DNA from: a virus
Lineage: Duplodnaviria > Caudoviricetes
Reading direction: 5' to 3' (one strand)
Length of the DNA stretch: 31,437 nucleotides
Virus record (IMG/VR): IMGVR_UViG_3300027679_000022
Coordinates: 1 to 31,437 of that record
The notes below the pieces were generated by a model. The model ran no database searches. It was not told where the DNA came from and saw nothing but the letters and a program-made list of their open reading frames with translations. This document shows positions 1-8,636 of this stretch, in pieces. Within the stretch, counting starts at the first letter, position 1. Every line of letters begins with the position of its first letter. A program made the position numbers and the translations under genes.

Positions 1-1
1 C

Positions 2-724
2 TACCTGACTGCCACGGGTCTTGCCGTAACCGCTGGAGTTCCAACGACAGTCACAGTCGGCGGCGCAGGTGGCGGCGGTGGAGCCGATGCAAGAGGCGGC
101 AGCGGTACAAACTCAGTATTTAGTTCAATCACTGCAACAGGAGGCGGCGGCGGTGCTTCTGTTGCTGGTCCAGGCATCAACGGCGGTTCGGGCGGTGGTG
201 GTACAAACGCCACAGGTTCAACCACAGCAGGCACAGGCACTTCAGGGCAGGGCTTCAACGGCGGTGGCGGTAACACAATGTTTGGTTCGACTGGTAGCGG
301 TGGCGGTTCAAGCGGCGCAGGCACTTCACAGACAGGCGGTTCAGGCCCTGGCGGTGCAGGAACAGCGTCATCAATAACTGGCTCGTCAGTAACCAGAGCA
401 GGTGGCGGCGGGGGCGGCGCCGACACAGTTTCTCGCGGTGGAACTGGAACGGCAGGCGGCGGCGATGGGGGTAACGATGACGGCATTCCAACAAGAACTG
501 GCAGCAACGCTACTATCGCAAACTCAGGTTCGGGCGGCGGCGGTGCGGGTGGAAACAACGGCGGCACAGGAGGCACGGGTGGTAATGGCGCTGCAGGTTT
601 TGTTTGTATTCGCTACGCTGACTCTTTTGCACTTGCAACATCAACAACAGGGTCGCCAACAATAACAACCTCAGGCGGATACAGAATTTACCAGTGGACA
701 GGAAGCGGGAGTATAACTTTCTAA
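2..724 (+). CDS. Glycine-rich tail fibre/receptor-binding protein, C-terminal part (5' truncated by window edge)
   Basis: The frame of ORF 278..724 is open from base 2 (YLTATGLAVTAGVPTTVTVGGAGGGG...). It has GGGGG/GSGGG repeats and ends GFVCIRY...SGGYRIYQWTGSGSITF, typical of Gly-rich phage tail proteins. Confidence 0.8.
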   Translation, partial: YLTATGLAVTAGVPTTVTVGGAGGGGGADARGGSGTNSVFSSITATGGGGGASVAGPGINGGSGGGGTNATGSTTAGTGTSGQGFNGGGGNTMFGSTGSGGGSSGAGTSQTGGSGPGGAGTASSITGSSVTRAGGGGGGADTVSRGGTGTAGGGDGGNDDGIPTRTGSNATIANSGSGGGGAGGNNGGTGGTGGNGAAGFVCIRYADSFALATSTTGSPTITTSGGYRIYQWTGSGSITF

Positions 725-1116
725 TGGCACACTTTGCAGAACTAGATGAAAATAATATTGTTCTTCGTGTGATTGTTGTTCATAACAATGAATTAATTGA
801 TGAAAATGGCAATGAATCAGAACAAAAAGGCATTGACTTTTGTGTTGCTCATTATGGCGGTACTTGGGTACAAACATCTTATAACGCCACGATGCGAAAG
901 CAGTACGCAGGCATTGGATTTAGTTTTAATCCATTAGCAGATGTCTTTATCCAACCACAGCCATTTCCATCTTGGTCTTTAGACTTTAATCACGATTGGC
1001 AAGCGCCAACGCCTTTGCCAGTTCATACTCCAGGAGATTACTCTTGGAGTTGGAATGAAGAAAGTTTAACTTGGGACGCAGAAGAAATTAACGATGACCC
1101 TACATCAGTTGTTTAA
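724..1116 (+). CDS. Conserved phage protein following Gly-rich fibre genes (possible tail fibre assembly/accessory protein)
   Basis: The TAATG stop/start overlap at 722-726 gives MAHFAELDENNIVLRVIVV...WVQTSYN...RKQYAGIG...FIQPQPFPSW. This family is commonly found next to such fibres. Confidence 0.75.
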   Translation: MAHFAELDENNIVLRVIVVHNNELIDENGNESEQKGIDFCVAHYGGTWVQTSYNATMRKQYAGIGFSFNPLADVFIQPQPFPSWSLDFNHDWQAPTPLPVHTPGDYSWSWNEESLTWDAEEINDDPTSVV

Positions 1117-1331
1117 TGGCACATATTTACATTCATTACAGTAGGGTCAAAGAAAGTCCTTGGGCAGTAACTGTTACAAGCGCAGACCGTACAGAATTAA
1201 TTAAGCAAGACCAAGCCTCTGATGTAGAAATCAACATTCCTTGTAAAACTTTTCTTGGAAAACTTCATTACATTTATTGCGAAGGCGTGGTCACTTGGGA
1301 TGGTACTAAAGCAATAATTAATGCAAAATAA
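1116..1331 (+). CDS. Hypothetical protein (71 aa)
   Basis: TAATG coupling with the upstream gene; fills the operon. Confidence 0.7.
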   Translation: MAHIYIHYSRVKESPWAVTVTSADRTELIKQDQASDVEINIPCKTFLGKLHYIYCEGVVTWDGTKAIINAK

Positions 1332-1343
1332 TTAAGGAGTAAC

Positions 1344-1427
1344 GTGGACACACTAACAACTGACTTAGTTCCGCTTGTACGAGACATAGATGATGCAATA
1401 GATGAATCAGAAGAACAAATATACTAA
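1344..1427 (+). CDS. Acidic micro-ORF (27 aa, MDTLTTDLVPLVRDIDDAIDESEEQIY)
   Basis: AAGGAG at 1334-1339 precedes GTG 1344; TAA at 1425-1427; fills the gap exactly. Absent from the ORF track. Confidence 0.55.
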   Translation: MDTLTTDLVPLVRDIDDAIDESEEQIY

Positions 1428-1436
1428 GGAGCAGTA

Positions 1437-3392
1437 ATGGCAACTAGAGATATAACCGAAGGTAGAGGCTCTGCAACTGCCAGCATTGGTCGTTCTATTG
1501 CTGTTGACCTAGGTATTGTTTCATCTACTTCTATTTGGCAGAACACTAATGAGTCATATGATGTAGCAGTAGGTGGACTTCCATTCTTCTATGCCATTAG
1601 TGATGAAAGACCATACGTTAGACAGACTGCACCGTTCCGTAAGGAACAATCAGACATTGGTAATGAGCCAGGTGAGCAGTCGCTCACTGGTTTCTGGCTA
1701 AGAAGTCAGTCTTCTTTTCACAATGGCACAGGCATTAAGTTCTATGACCCATCTGCAGGTGAAAGCGTTAACTATCGTTTTGCTGACTCAGACAATGTAG
1801 ATGTGTGGACTAAGGGACAAGTAACTCTCCTCAAAGAGACAGCCAATATGACTGGTGTTACTAGTGGTATCTATAAACTTATCTCTGGAGTATCTGGTAG
1901 TACTAACGTAGTTGTTGGATATATTCCTGGCTCTACTACAATTAAATCTTTTCAAGCAGATGGCACTGTAGTAACAACTTATGCTCCTACTAGCCTAGGT
2001 AACGTATTAGATGGCACAGTAGTAACAGATGGCACACGCTTGTTTGCTGCAGACAATGACCATATTTATACTGGTCCACTCAATGCTGCTGCAACTGGCT
2101 GGACTGAGTACTATGTAACTGGCACACGTGCTACTCTTGCTTGGGTTAAACAACGCCTTGTTGGTGCTGTAGAAAATAAAGTTTATGAGTTAACTGGTGC
2201 TACTGGTAGTGCGCTTTCATTACCTGCTACACCAATATATACACATCCTAATACTGCTTGGATATGGTCATCTATTTCTGAAGGTGGCTCTGCTATTTAT
2301 GCTGCTGGTTATGCTGGCGGAAACTCCGCCATCTACAAGTTTGTTTTAACTACTAGTACTGGTTCTATGCCGACCCTGACATCAGGGATTGTAGCAGCAC
2401 AACTTCCAATTGGCGAGATAGTTTATAAAATTGAGTCGTACCTTGGTTATTTGATGATTGGTACCAATAAGGGTATGCGTGTGGCTACTATTTCAGATAC
2501 AACTGGTGACCTATCTTATGGTCCATTGATATTTGAAGATGTTAATGGTGTTTATGACTTTGCTTTCCGCGATAGATTTGTATGGGCTGCAGGTACTGTT
2601 AATGGTTGTCCTGGCTTGTATCGTGTTGACTTAGGCACAGAGATTGAATCTTTACGTTATGCCTATGCTAAAGATGCATACCTTAGTACCGCTACTGGCT
2701 ATGCTACTAGTGTAGATTTTGTAGGTAATACCGACCAGATAGCCTTTACTACATCAGGCAGCAATGGCATAGCCATTCAGTCAACTACAGTATTGGCATT
2801 ATCTGGTTCTATAACTACAGGCAAGATTAGATTCTCTACTCTAGAACCTAAGAACTACAAACGTCTTATTGCACGTGGTTCATTTACATCTGGTGATTTT
2901 ACATTAGCATCTATTGCTACAGAAACAACTGGTGTTGAAACACAATACAGCCACATTACCTATAATTCAGGCGTAGCAGCAGTAGAAGTAACTACATCCC
3001 AGCCTGAAACAGCGCAAGAGTTTCTTGCATATAAATTTACATTTGACCGTGATACAACTACTACTAGTACTGGTCCTACATTTAAGGGATACCAAGCAAA
3101 GGCTACTATTGCATCTCCACGCAATAGAGTTATTAAGTTTCCTGTCTACTGTTTTGATGTTGAAACAGATAGGTTTAATACTGTAGTTGGATATGAAGGC
3201 AGAGCCTTTGAGCGTATCCAATTGCTAGAAGAGATTGAAAAGACAGGCGATGTTCTGACTTGGCAAGACTTGACAACAGGAGAATCGCGACAGGCAGTAA
3301 TCGAACAAGTTACATTCACTCGTATGACACCGCCCGATAAACGCTTTGATGGTTTTGGTGGCATTATAGATATAGTTGTAAGGACAGTATAA
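1437..3392 (+). CDS. Virion structural protein, probable beta-propeller tail/nozzle protein (651 aa)
   Basis: AAGGAG RBS; T/S/G-rich beta-type composition; lies between the fibre and lysis genes. The fold is inferred. Confidence 0.65.
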   Translation: MATRDITEGRGSATASIGRSIAVDLGIVSSTSIWQNTNESYDVAVGGLPFFYAISDERPYVRQTAPFRKEQSDIGNEPGEQSLTGFWLRSQSSFHNGTGIKFYDPSAGESVNYRFADSDNVDVWTKGQVTLLKETANMTGVTSGIYKLISGVSGSTNVVVGYIPGSTTIKSFQADGTVVTTYAPTSLGNVLDGTVVTDGTRLFAADNDHIYTGPLNAAATGWTEYYVTGTRATLAWVKQRLVGAVENKVYELTGATGSALSLPATPIYTHPNTAWIWSSISEGGSAIYAAGYAGGNSAIYKFVLTTSTGSMPTLTSGIVAAQLPIGEIVYKIESYLGYLMIGTNKGMRVATISDTTGDLSYGPLIFEDVNGVYDFAFRDRFVWAAGTVNGCPGLYRVDLGTEIESLRYAYAKDAYLSTATGYATSVDFVGNTDQIAFTTSGSNGIAIQSTTVLALSGSITTGKIRFSTLEPKNYKRLIARGSFTSGDFTLASIATETTGVETQYSHITYNSGVAAVEVTTSQPETAQEFLAYKFTFDRDTTTTSTGPTFKGYQAKATIASPRNRVIKFPVYCFDVETDRFNTVVGYEGRAFERIQLLEEIEKTGDVLTWQDLTTGESRQAVIEQVTFTRMTPPDKRFDGFGGIIDIVVRTV

Positions 3393-3586
3393 TGGAATTT
3401 AAGGACTACCTAACAGTAGCAGTTGCCTGCATAGCAATCTTTACAGCATTTGCTGGCGGCATTAGGTGGATGGTCAAGCATTATCTTAATGAATTAAAGC
3501 CTAATGGTGGTAGTTCTATGAAGGATTCTATGGCTCGTATGGAAAAACGTATTGATGATTTGTATACATTGGTTGCAGGTAAGTAA
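3392..3586 (+). CDS. Small membrane protein, holin-like (one TM plus coiled coil)
   Basis: Hydrophobic LTVAVACIAIFTAFAGGI followed by ELKPNGGSSMKD, a pattern seen in actinophage lysis-cassette membrane proteins. Confidence 0.65.
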   Translation: MEFKDYLTVAVACIAIFTAFAGGIRWMVKHYLNELKPNGGSSMKDSMARMEKRIDDLYTLVAGK

Positions 3587-3669
3587 TGGGATTTATTGTA
3601 CCTGAGCCAATGTGGGACCCAGTAACTCCTAATATAAATGTAGAAGAATGGGAGGATGACGATGAGTAA
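3586..3669 (+). CDS. Acidic micro-ORF (27 aa, MGFIVPEPMWDPVTPNINVEEWEDDDE)
   Basis: TAATG coupling at 3584-3588; stop at 3667-3669 overlaps the endolysin start. Confidence 0.55.
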   Translation: MGFIVPEPMWDPVTPNINVEEWEDDDE

Positions 3670-4153
3670 AGCAACACCTGCTGCTATAGCAGTACTTCGA
3701 CAAGCAACTGCACTAAAACCTATGCGTAAGAAAGCCAGCGATGGCTTGCTGCCATCGGCTGCACATATAAAGCAGAGTCCTAACTCTGACCACAATACAG
3801 GGTTAGCCGTTGACCTAACGCATGACCCTAAGAATGGAATTGATTGTGTTGAAATATTTGAAAAACTTAAAGAAGATAAGCGTGTGTCGTATCTTATTTT
3901 TCAAGGACAGATTTGGTCTAAAGAAAAAGCCAAGCAAGGAAATAGACGGTACACTGGGACTAATCCTCATAACAAGCATTTACATATTTCTATTGAGTCC
4001 ACTATGGGTGCCGATACTTCTCCGTGGTTTTGGTGGATGAATTCCCCAAAGACTATCAATCAAGTTATCGCACGTGTAACATCTGTGCCCGCTAAGAAAG
4101 CATATAAGACCGAAGTTTGCACCTGCTGTAAGTTACACGGGGCAAAGTCCTAA
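3656..4153 (+). CDS. Endolysin, Zn-dependent peptidase M15/Hedgehog-like fold (start may be 3662)
   Basis: SDHNTGLAVD (H-x6-D) and HNKHLHIS (HxH) zinc-ligand motifs; flanked by membrane proteins. Confidence 0.7.
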   Translation: MTMSKATPAAIAVLRQATALKPMRKKASDGLLPSAAHIKQSPNSDHNTGLAVDLTHDPKNGIDCVEIFEKLKEDKRVSYLIFQGQIWSKEKAKQGNRRYTGTNPHNKHLHISIESTMGADTSPWFWWMNSPKTINQVIARVTSVPAKKAYKTEVCTCCKLHGAKS

Positions 4154-4171
4154 TCTCTATAGGAGGATATA

Positions 4172-4357
4172 ATGGAGCAATTCAAACAACTAGCACTTAC
4201 TTGGTTCCGTGCTGCGGCATCTGCTGCGGTGGCACTTTACCTTGCAGGTGAGACGGACCTTAAGACACTGGGAATGGCAGCAGTCGCTGGCTTTGCTGGT
4301 CCACTACTCAAGTGGCTAGACCCATCTGCTACAGATTTTGGTCGCGGTTCAAAGTAA
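4172..4357 (+). CDS. Holin (61 aa, two hydrophobic segments)
   Basis: AGGAGG RBS; two Ala-rich hydrophobic helices; C-terminal LKWLDPSATDFGRG; directly after the endolysin. Confidence 0.7.
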   Translation: MEQFKQLALTWFRAAASAAVALYLAGETDLKTLGMAAVAGFAGPLLKWLDPSATDFGRGSK

Positions 4358-4392
4358 CACCCTTTTAAGGGGCTTGACAGCCCCGTAAAGAC

Positions 4393-4440
4393 AAGAAGCC
4401 CCCGCTCAGGTACATTAACCTACCTGGCGGGGGTCTTTTT
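4393..4440. terminator. Probable bidirectional intrinsic terminator between the convergent arms
   Basis: GCCCCCGC(T)CAGGTA / TACCTGGCGGGGGT stem with a T-run on the right and an A-rich flank on the left, at the point where + and - genes converge. Confidence 0.8.
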
Positions 4441-4445
4441 CTGTT

Positions 4446-4604
4446 TTAGTTTTCTTCTTCTTTAAGATTTTCTAGTGAAAATGTGTAGTTTCTAGGGTTT
4501 GTCTTTCTGCGTATGCGGTATCGTGCTTCATAGTACAGGTTGTTAGCCATGTCTCGTGTCAATATACCGATAAGTACACCTACTGCTATCTCTACTATTG
4601 TCAT
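4446..4604 (-). CDS. Small membrane-anchored protein (52 aa, MTIVEIAVGVLIGILTRD...)
   Basis: GGAG RBS, ATG 4604, TAA 4446-4448; hydrophobic N-terminus. Not in the ORF track. Confidence 0.65.
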   Translation of the reverse strand: MTIVEIAVGVLIGILTRDMANNLYYEARYRIRRKTNPRNYTFSLENLKEEEN

Positions 4605-4611
4605 GTGTCTC

Positions 4612-4872
4612 CTAGTTATATGTTAGATACATTGGTATTGCTGTTATATTAAGTTGCTTGCGCATTTTGGTACGTTCATGTTCAGTTGTATTGCCCCAGT
4701 AACCCGATACATTGTACTTGAGTGCGAACTCAAGACATTCTTTCTTTACTATACATGCTCCGCAAATTGCTTTAAGCACTTTGCGTTCTGGATAAGTACT
4801 CATCCCATCTGGGACAAAAAACAATTCGTTATCTGTTGACTCACAATTGGGTGTATCACTGGGTTTAAACAT
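4612..4872 (-). CDS. whiB: WhiB-family Fe-S transcriptional regulator
   Basis: C...ELFF...AICGACIVKKEC (C-xn-C-x2-C-x5-C) plus a GYWGN turn (canonical G[VI]WGG) and a TEHER helix. Confidence 0.9.
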   Translation of the reverse strand: MFKPSDTPNCESTDNELFFVPDGMSTYPERKVLKAICGACIVKKECLEFALKYNVSGYWGNTTEHERTKMRKQLNITAIPMYLTYN

Positions 4873-5040
4873 CTATCCTCCTGTTGAGTAAAAGCCTGAG
4901 CCTTTGAACTTGACTGGTGGTGATGACCATATCCTAGTCATTACCATTTGACAACACGTAGGTTCACGGTCATCTCCATACTCACGATAAACCTCTTGTG
5001 TCATGTTGCAAAGGTCGCATTTATAATCATAATTTGGCAT
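4873..5040 (-). CDS. FmdB-family zinc-ribbon protein (55 aa)
   Basis: Manual translation gives MPNYDYKCDLC...PTCCQMVMTRIWSSPPVKFKGSGFYSTGG. MPxYxYxC and FKGSGFY are family hallmarks. Not in the ORF track. Confidence 0.85.
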   Translation of the reverse strand: MPNYDYKCDLCNMTQEVYREYGDDREPTCCQMVMTRIWSSPPVKFKGSGFYSTGG

Positions 5041-5239
5041 CGTGATAGTACCTTACCTCATGGTATTTACATGTTTTGTATATCTTTTCATACGACCACT
5101 TTTGAGATTTTGAATCGGGCTTAGTACCAGAAATCGTATCATTGCATTCGCATACCTTACGGTACTCAGCCTCTAATTGTTTTACTTCTTCTTTTGCTTT
5201 ACGCAATTTTGTAAGTGCTATTACTGCTTCTGCATTCAT
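5027..5239 (-). CDS. Hypothetical protein (70 aa; coiled coil plus CxC/CxxH)
   Basis: ATGA coupling with the upstream ORF; fills the operon. Confidence 0.65.
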   Translation of the reverse strand: MNAEAVIALTKLRKAKEEVKQLEAEYRKVCECNDTISGTKPDSKSQKWSYEKIYKTCKYHEVRYYHDAKL

Positions 5240-5415
5240 TCTTCACATCCATCTATGTCAGTGGGCGCAGTTGTAAGTGTCCCACACTCTATACATTCTT
5301 GGGCTAAATCATACCAGCCTACTGCTCTGGTCTCTTCATCCCACATTACGGTGACTCTAAACATTTTACATCCACAGATGCAAGCAAAGGTAGGTTCACC
5401 TCTAAGGTCGTTCAT
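5236..5415 (-). CDS. Cys-rich zinc-binding protein (59 aa, MNDLRGEPTFACICGC...CIECG)
   Basis: ATGA overlaps on both sides; CxC and CxxC pairs. Not in the ORF track. Confidence 0.75.
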   Translation of the reverse strand: MNDLRGEPTFACICGCKMFRVTVMWDEETRAVGWYDLAQECIECGTLTTAPTDIDGCEE

Positions 5416-6041
5416 TCTTCTTCAACCTTAGTATCTCTGTCGTAGTATGGTTTCCACCCACCTAGATTTTTAATCAAAGAGTTTAATGCACGAGTAACTT
5501 TCATTCGTGCACCATCTACTGTTGTATCCATATCTTTGGATAACAATGACCAGTCAGGTGAATCTATACTAAAGCGTAACCTTAATATGTTTTGTTTGGC
5601 TTCTGTTAATTTATAGAAAGCCGATGTTATATCTGAGCGCAATGATAACCAATTGTTACCATCTGATGCAACGCCAGTACCAAACTTAGCATTGAGGTCT
5701 TGAATACTTGTAGGGATTTCATAGGTATCACCTATGATGGACGGCAAGAATGCTTCAACTACTGATGCATCATAGTAATATAAGTCTGATGTATCGTAGC
5801 CAATCTTCTTAGCCTTATCTCGTTCACAAAACTTAAGCGCTGCATTACGCAGCGACTTAGCGATTAATTTGTCACGGTCTTTTTGTTCAAGAGCAGACCA
5901 CTCTTTGTACTTATTGGGATGGCTGACAAACCATACCCACAACTCTTGACCTATATCATCACGTTCTAACATAGTATAACGCTTTGAATACTCGGCTGAG
6001 AGTTGTTGTACTAACTCGTTGTACTCCTCAATGTAATTCAT
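5412..6041 (-). CDS. Sigma-factor-like DNA-binding protein
   Basis: Region-2-like DDIGQELWVWF...SLRNAA and region-4-like LTEAKQNILRLRF...TVDGARMKVTRAL; resembles actinophage sigma-like proteins. Confidence 0.7.
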   Translation of the reverse strand: MNYIEEYNELVQQLSAEYSKRYTMLERDDIGQELWVWFVSHPNKYKEWSALEQKDRDKLIAKSLRNAALKFCERDKAKKIGYDTSDLYYYDASVVEAFLPSIIGDTYEIPTSIQDLNAKFGTGVASDGNNWLSLRSDITSAFYKLTEAKQNILRLRFSIDSPDWSLLSKDMDTTVDGARMKVTRALNSLIKNLGGWKPYYDRDTKVEEE

Positions 6042-6790
6042 TAGGGAATAATTACCTCACCATTTACAATTGGAATGGCAAACGGTGTTACCTTACGATT
6101 GTGCTCAACAAGGATACCGAGACCATGCTGCCAGTTGGCAGAACCTGATGTCAGGTAACTAGCCTGCTTGACATCCATCATGTGACCCACCTCTAACCCG
6201 TATAAAGTACTGGTTTTTCCGTAAAATCCTGTGGTCTCATGTTGTAATCCTACGCGGTGCGTGTGTCCACACACCACTGATTTGCCTAAGCGTTTGGCTA
6301 AGTTTAAAGCAGTAGCCCCTGGTGCACGGTTAAGCGCACCTTCATCTCCATGTGCCATTACCCAATTAGGTAACAACTCATGCATCTTATGCAGGTAGTT
6401 AATCTTTAACTTGCTGTAGCCCAGTAGTTCTTCAATCTCTAATGACTTGAGTGACATAAAGGCTGGGGCATACTTGCGTATGTATGTATCTATTCGGTCA
6501 GTATGATTACTACGTTGAATGTAAAATGGCTTGTTACCTAATGCTTTACGGTAACGAGCCATGATGTCGTGCGTTAAATCAATACTATCTTGTAAGGTAT
6601 CAGCATATTCTCCTGCCATACCTTTGTTCCAGCGACTAGGTTCAGGTGCATCTAGTTCATCACCCACACACCAGAGTTCATCTGGTTTATAGTCAGCAAT
6701 AAACTCTAGCGTAGCCTCTACAGTTTTATCATGTTGATAGGGTATCTGAAGGTCACTGAGGACCACTACCCGCTTTGTTTTGTTTACCAT
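6041..6790 (-). CDS. Calcineurin-like metallophosphoesterase
   Basis: LSDLQ, VGDELD, SNH, AHGD and GHTH motifs. Confidence 0.9.
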   Translation of the reverse strand: MVNKTKRVVVLSDLQIPYQHDKTVEATLEFIADYKPDELWCVGDELDAPEPSRWNKGMAGEYADTLQDSIDLTHDIMARYRKALGNKPFYIQRSNHTDRIDTYIRKYAPAFMSLKSLEIEELLGYSKLKINYLHKMHELLPNWVMAHGDEGALNRAPGATALNLAKRLGKSVVCGHTHRVGLQHETTGFYGKTSTLYGLEVGHMMDVKQASYLTSGSANWQHGLGILVEHNRKVTPFAIPIVNGEVIIP

Positions 6791-7067
6791 TAGGTATACC
6801 TTCCCATTGTCCGCGTTGGACTAGTAACCCAATTATGGCATAATTTGCAAGGTCAATGAGTGTATCTTCAATACTTTCGTAGTTGGGCGTGTCGTTATCT
6901 CCAAGGTGAGATAGCCGTGCCAACTTGTCATACATGCGTACACGTAGCCCATTCATTGGACCACCAGGTGCACCTGCTATGTTCATTGGACCGTAATCTT
7001 CATGCTTTTTGTAAAGAATCTTTGCTAATTCATGTAGGATTACATCTACATCATTACTGCTTTTCAT
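6753..7067 (-). CDS. DUF1599 / nucleotide-modification-associated domain (all-alpha NTP pyrophosphatase-like)
   Basis: KKHEDYG...GLRVRMYDKLARL...ESIEDTLIDLANYAII pattern. Confidence 0.75.
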   Translation of the reverse strand: MKSSNDVDVILHELAKILYKKHEDYGPMNIAGAPGGPMNGLRVRMYDKLARLSHLGDNDTPNYESIEDTLIDLANYAIIGLLVQRGQWEGIPNGKQNKAGSGPQ

Positions 7068-7365
7068 CTAGTATCTCCCTCATACTGTTGTCAAAGTTAG
7101 ACATTGCTTCTTTGACTGAGAACTCTTCCCATACTTCTTCTGCCTTGCCATACTTGCTGGCTACTAAGATAGCAGCCAATGCTGTAACACAAGTCTTTGC
7201 TTCTTCTAGTTTATCTTCACATATAGTTTCATAGACATCACGCAATGCGCTGATGATGTCAAGCATTCTGGTATCAGATACTGGTATCGCTATAGCAAAG
7301 TCTAGATGTTCTATATGTTCCCAGAAACTATTGTCCAGGGGTAACGCACTCTCTGATTCTTCCAT
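7054..7365 (-). CDS. Hypothetical acidic protein (103 aa)
   Basis: Overlaps both neighbours in the same operon. Confidence 0.65.
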   Translation of the reverse strand: MEESESALPLDNSFWEHIEHLDFAIAIPVSDTRMLDIISALRDVYETICEDKLEEAKTCVTALAAILVASKYGKAEEVWEEFSVKEAMSNFDNSMREILDEKQ

Positions 7366-7963
7366 CTAGCCACTCACTTCCTTCTTTAATCATCATACTA
7401 TTGACGTCTTCGCCGTCAGGCATACTGATGATGTTGACATTGCCTAACTCTCTGCTGATTTTCTTGCCGAACTCTAGCCCTGCTGCATCACCGTCTGCTA
7501 ATACAATTACAACATCAAAGTCATCTAGTATCTTAGCGTAATGTGGCTTCCAATTGTTAGCCCCTGGTATACCCACTGTTGGGTGTGATGTCTTAACTGA
7601 CATCATAATGCAATCAAATTCACCTTCGGTAACGCATATGTATTTGTCTGCAACAAAACATGCTTGTGTATTAAACATGGTTGTCTTAGCACCTACTAGC
7701 CCCATATATTTAGGGTCTTCACCATTCATGCCACGGAATCTAATATCAACTACACCTGATGGTGTTATGTATGGGATAGCAAGCCTACCTCTGTATGGTT
7801 CATGCCCTGGGAGCGGTTCGTCTACCACCCCCAGATGAAAGATGCTTGCCTCTGCGACCGAGAGTTGACGGTTTGCTAGATAATCCTCTGCTAGATTTAT
7901 TTTGCTTGCGTATCTCTGTGTTGCCTGAAGTAAGAATTGACGCTGCGAATTCGAGAGCCTCAC
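7328..7963 (-). CDS. DNA primase catalytic/TOPRIM subunit (probable GTG start at 7963)
   Basis: GRLAIPY, IRFR, PKY, VTEGEFD and DGDAAG motifs; AAGGTGGTGA SD 5 nt before the GTG. Confidence 0.9.
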   Translation of the reverse strand: MRLSNSQRQFLLQATQRYASKINLAEDYLANRQLSVAEASIFHLGVVDEPLPGHEPYRGRLAIPYITPSGVVDIRFRGMNGEDPKYMGLVGAKTTMFNTQACFVADKYICVTEGEFDCIMMSVKTSHPTVGIPGANNWKPHYAKILDDFDVVIVLADGDAAGLEFGKKISRELGNVNIISMPDGEDVNSMMIKEGSEWLDGRIRECVTPGQ

Positions 7964-8183
7964 GGTAATCACCACCTTCTTTGTACATGATAAGAGAATA
8001 AGTATCGCCTTTAACTCCACATCCGTGGCAAATAAAAGCATTCTTGTCAAAGTTTACTGCTGCTGATGCATGACTGTCTATATGAAACGGACACTTCATC
8101 TTGCGCCAACCGCTGCCCATAGCAGGCACGGTGGCGCCTATGTAGTGGAGGTACTCACCGATGTCAGGCTTGTCCCTTTCCAA
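7800..8183 (-). CDS. DNA primase zinc-binding (CHC2) subunit
   Basis: CPFHIDSHAS...FICHGCGVKGD motif. Confidence 0.88.
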   Translation of the reverse strand: MERDKPDIGEYLHYIGATVPAMGSGWRKMKCPFHIDSHASAAVNFDKNAFICHGCGVKGDTYSLIMYKEGGDYREALEFAASILTSGNTEIRKQNKSSRGLSSKPSTLGRRGKHLSSGGGRRTAPRA

Positions 8184-8511
8184 TTGCTCTCCTTAATAAA
8201 TCTACATATACATAGCCAGGCATGGTGCAGTACCAATCTTCAGGGCTTCCCCTACCCTTACGTTTGTGCCACACCACGCCTGTCCATGCGTTGTCGTTAG
8301 CCATCTCGACTATCAACTCTTCTGTCCAGCCTGCTAAGTCCATCTTAGCGTGGTTTTTTATTTCTATTGTAACTCCAGGTATACCTGAAATGTCACCTTT
8401 ATCTAGGGTTGCACCAGCCAAGCGTCTGTCTACATAAGGAAACCATTGCTTGAGATATTTAACTACATCTCGCTCTGCTCCTGAGCCTTTGGCTTTGGCT
8501 GCGCTTCCCAT
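8164..8511 (-). CDS. Holliday junction resolvase (Hjc-like PD-(D/E)xK)
   Basis: KAKGSGAERDV...GDI...IEIKN motif; ATG 8511 is coupled to the upstream stop. Confidence 0.8.
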   Translation of the reverse strand: MGSAAKAKGSGAERDVVKYLKQWFPYVDRRLAGATLDKGDISGIPGVTIEIKNHAKMDLAGWTEELIVEMANDNAWTGVVWHKRKGRGSPEDWYCTMPGYVYVDLLRRAIGKGQA

Positions 8512-8636
8512 TACATACTCTTTTCTACCAAGTTTAACCAAGTAATGCAATCATTACAACCGCAACGTTCTACTGGTGCAGGATGTCCGTCAATTAATAC
8601 TTCTAAACTATTTAGAATCTTATCTAACTTACTCAT
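8511..8636 (-). CDS. Micro-ORF (41 aa, ...HPAPVERCGCNDC...)
   Basis: ATGA overlap with the helicase stop and TAATG overlap with the resolvase start. Confidence 0.7.
   Translation of the reverse strand: MSKLDKILNSLEVLIDGHPAPVERCGCNDCITWLNLVEKSM

Noticed and set aside
1-576. Pro-rich 191-aa minus-strand ORF and the alternative + frames 69..377 and 402..665
   Set aside because: Shadows of the Gly-rich (GGN) fibre gene.
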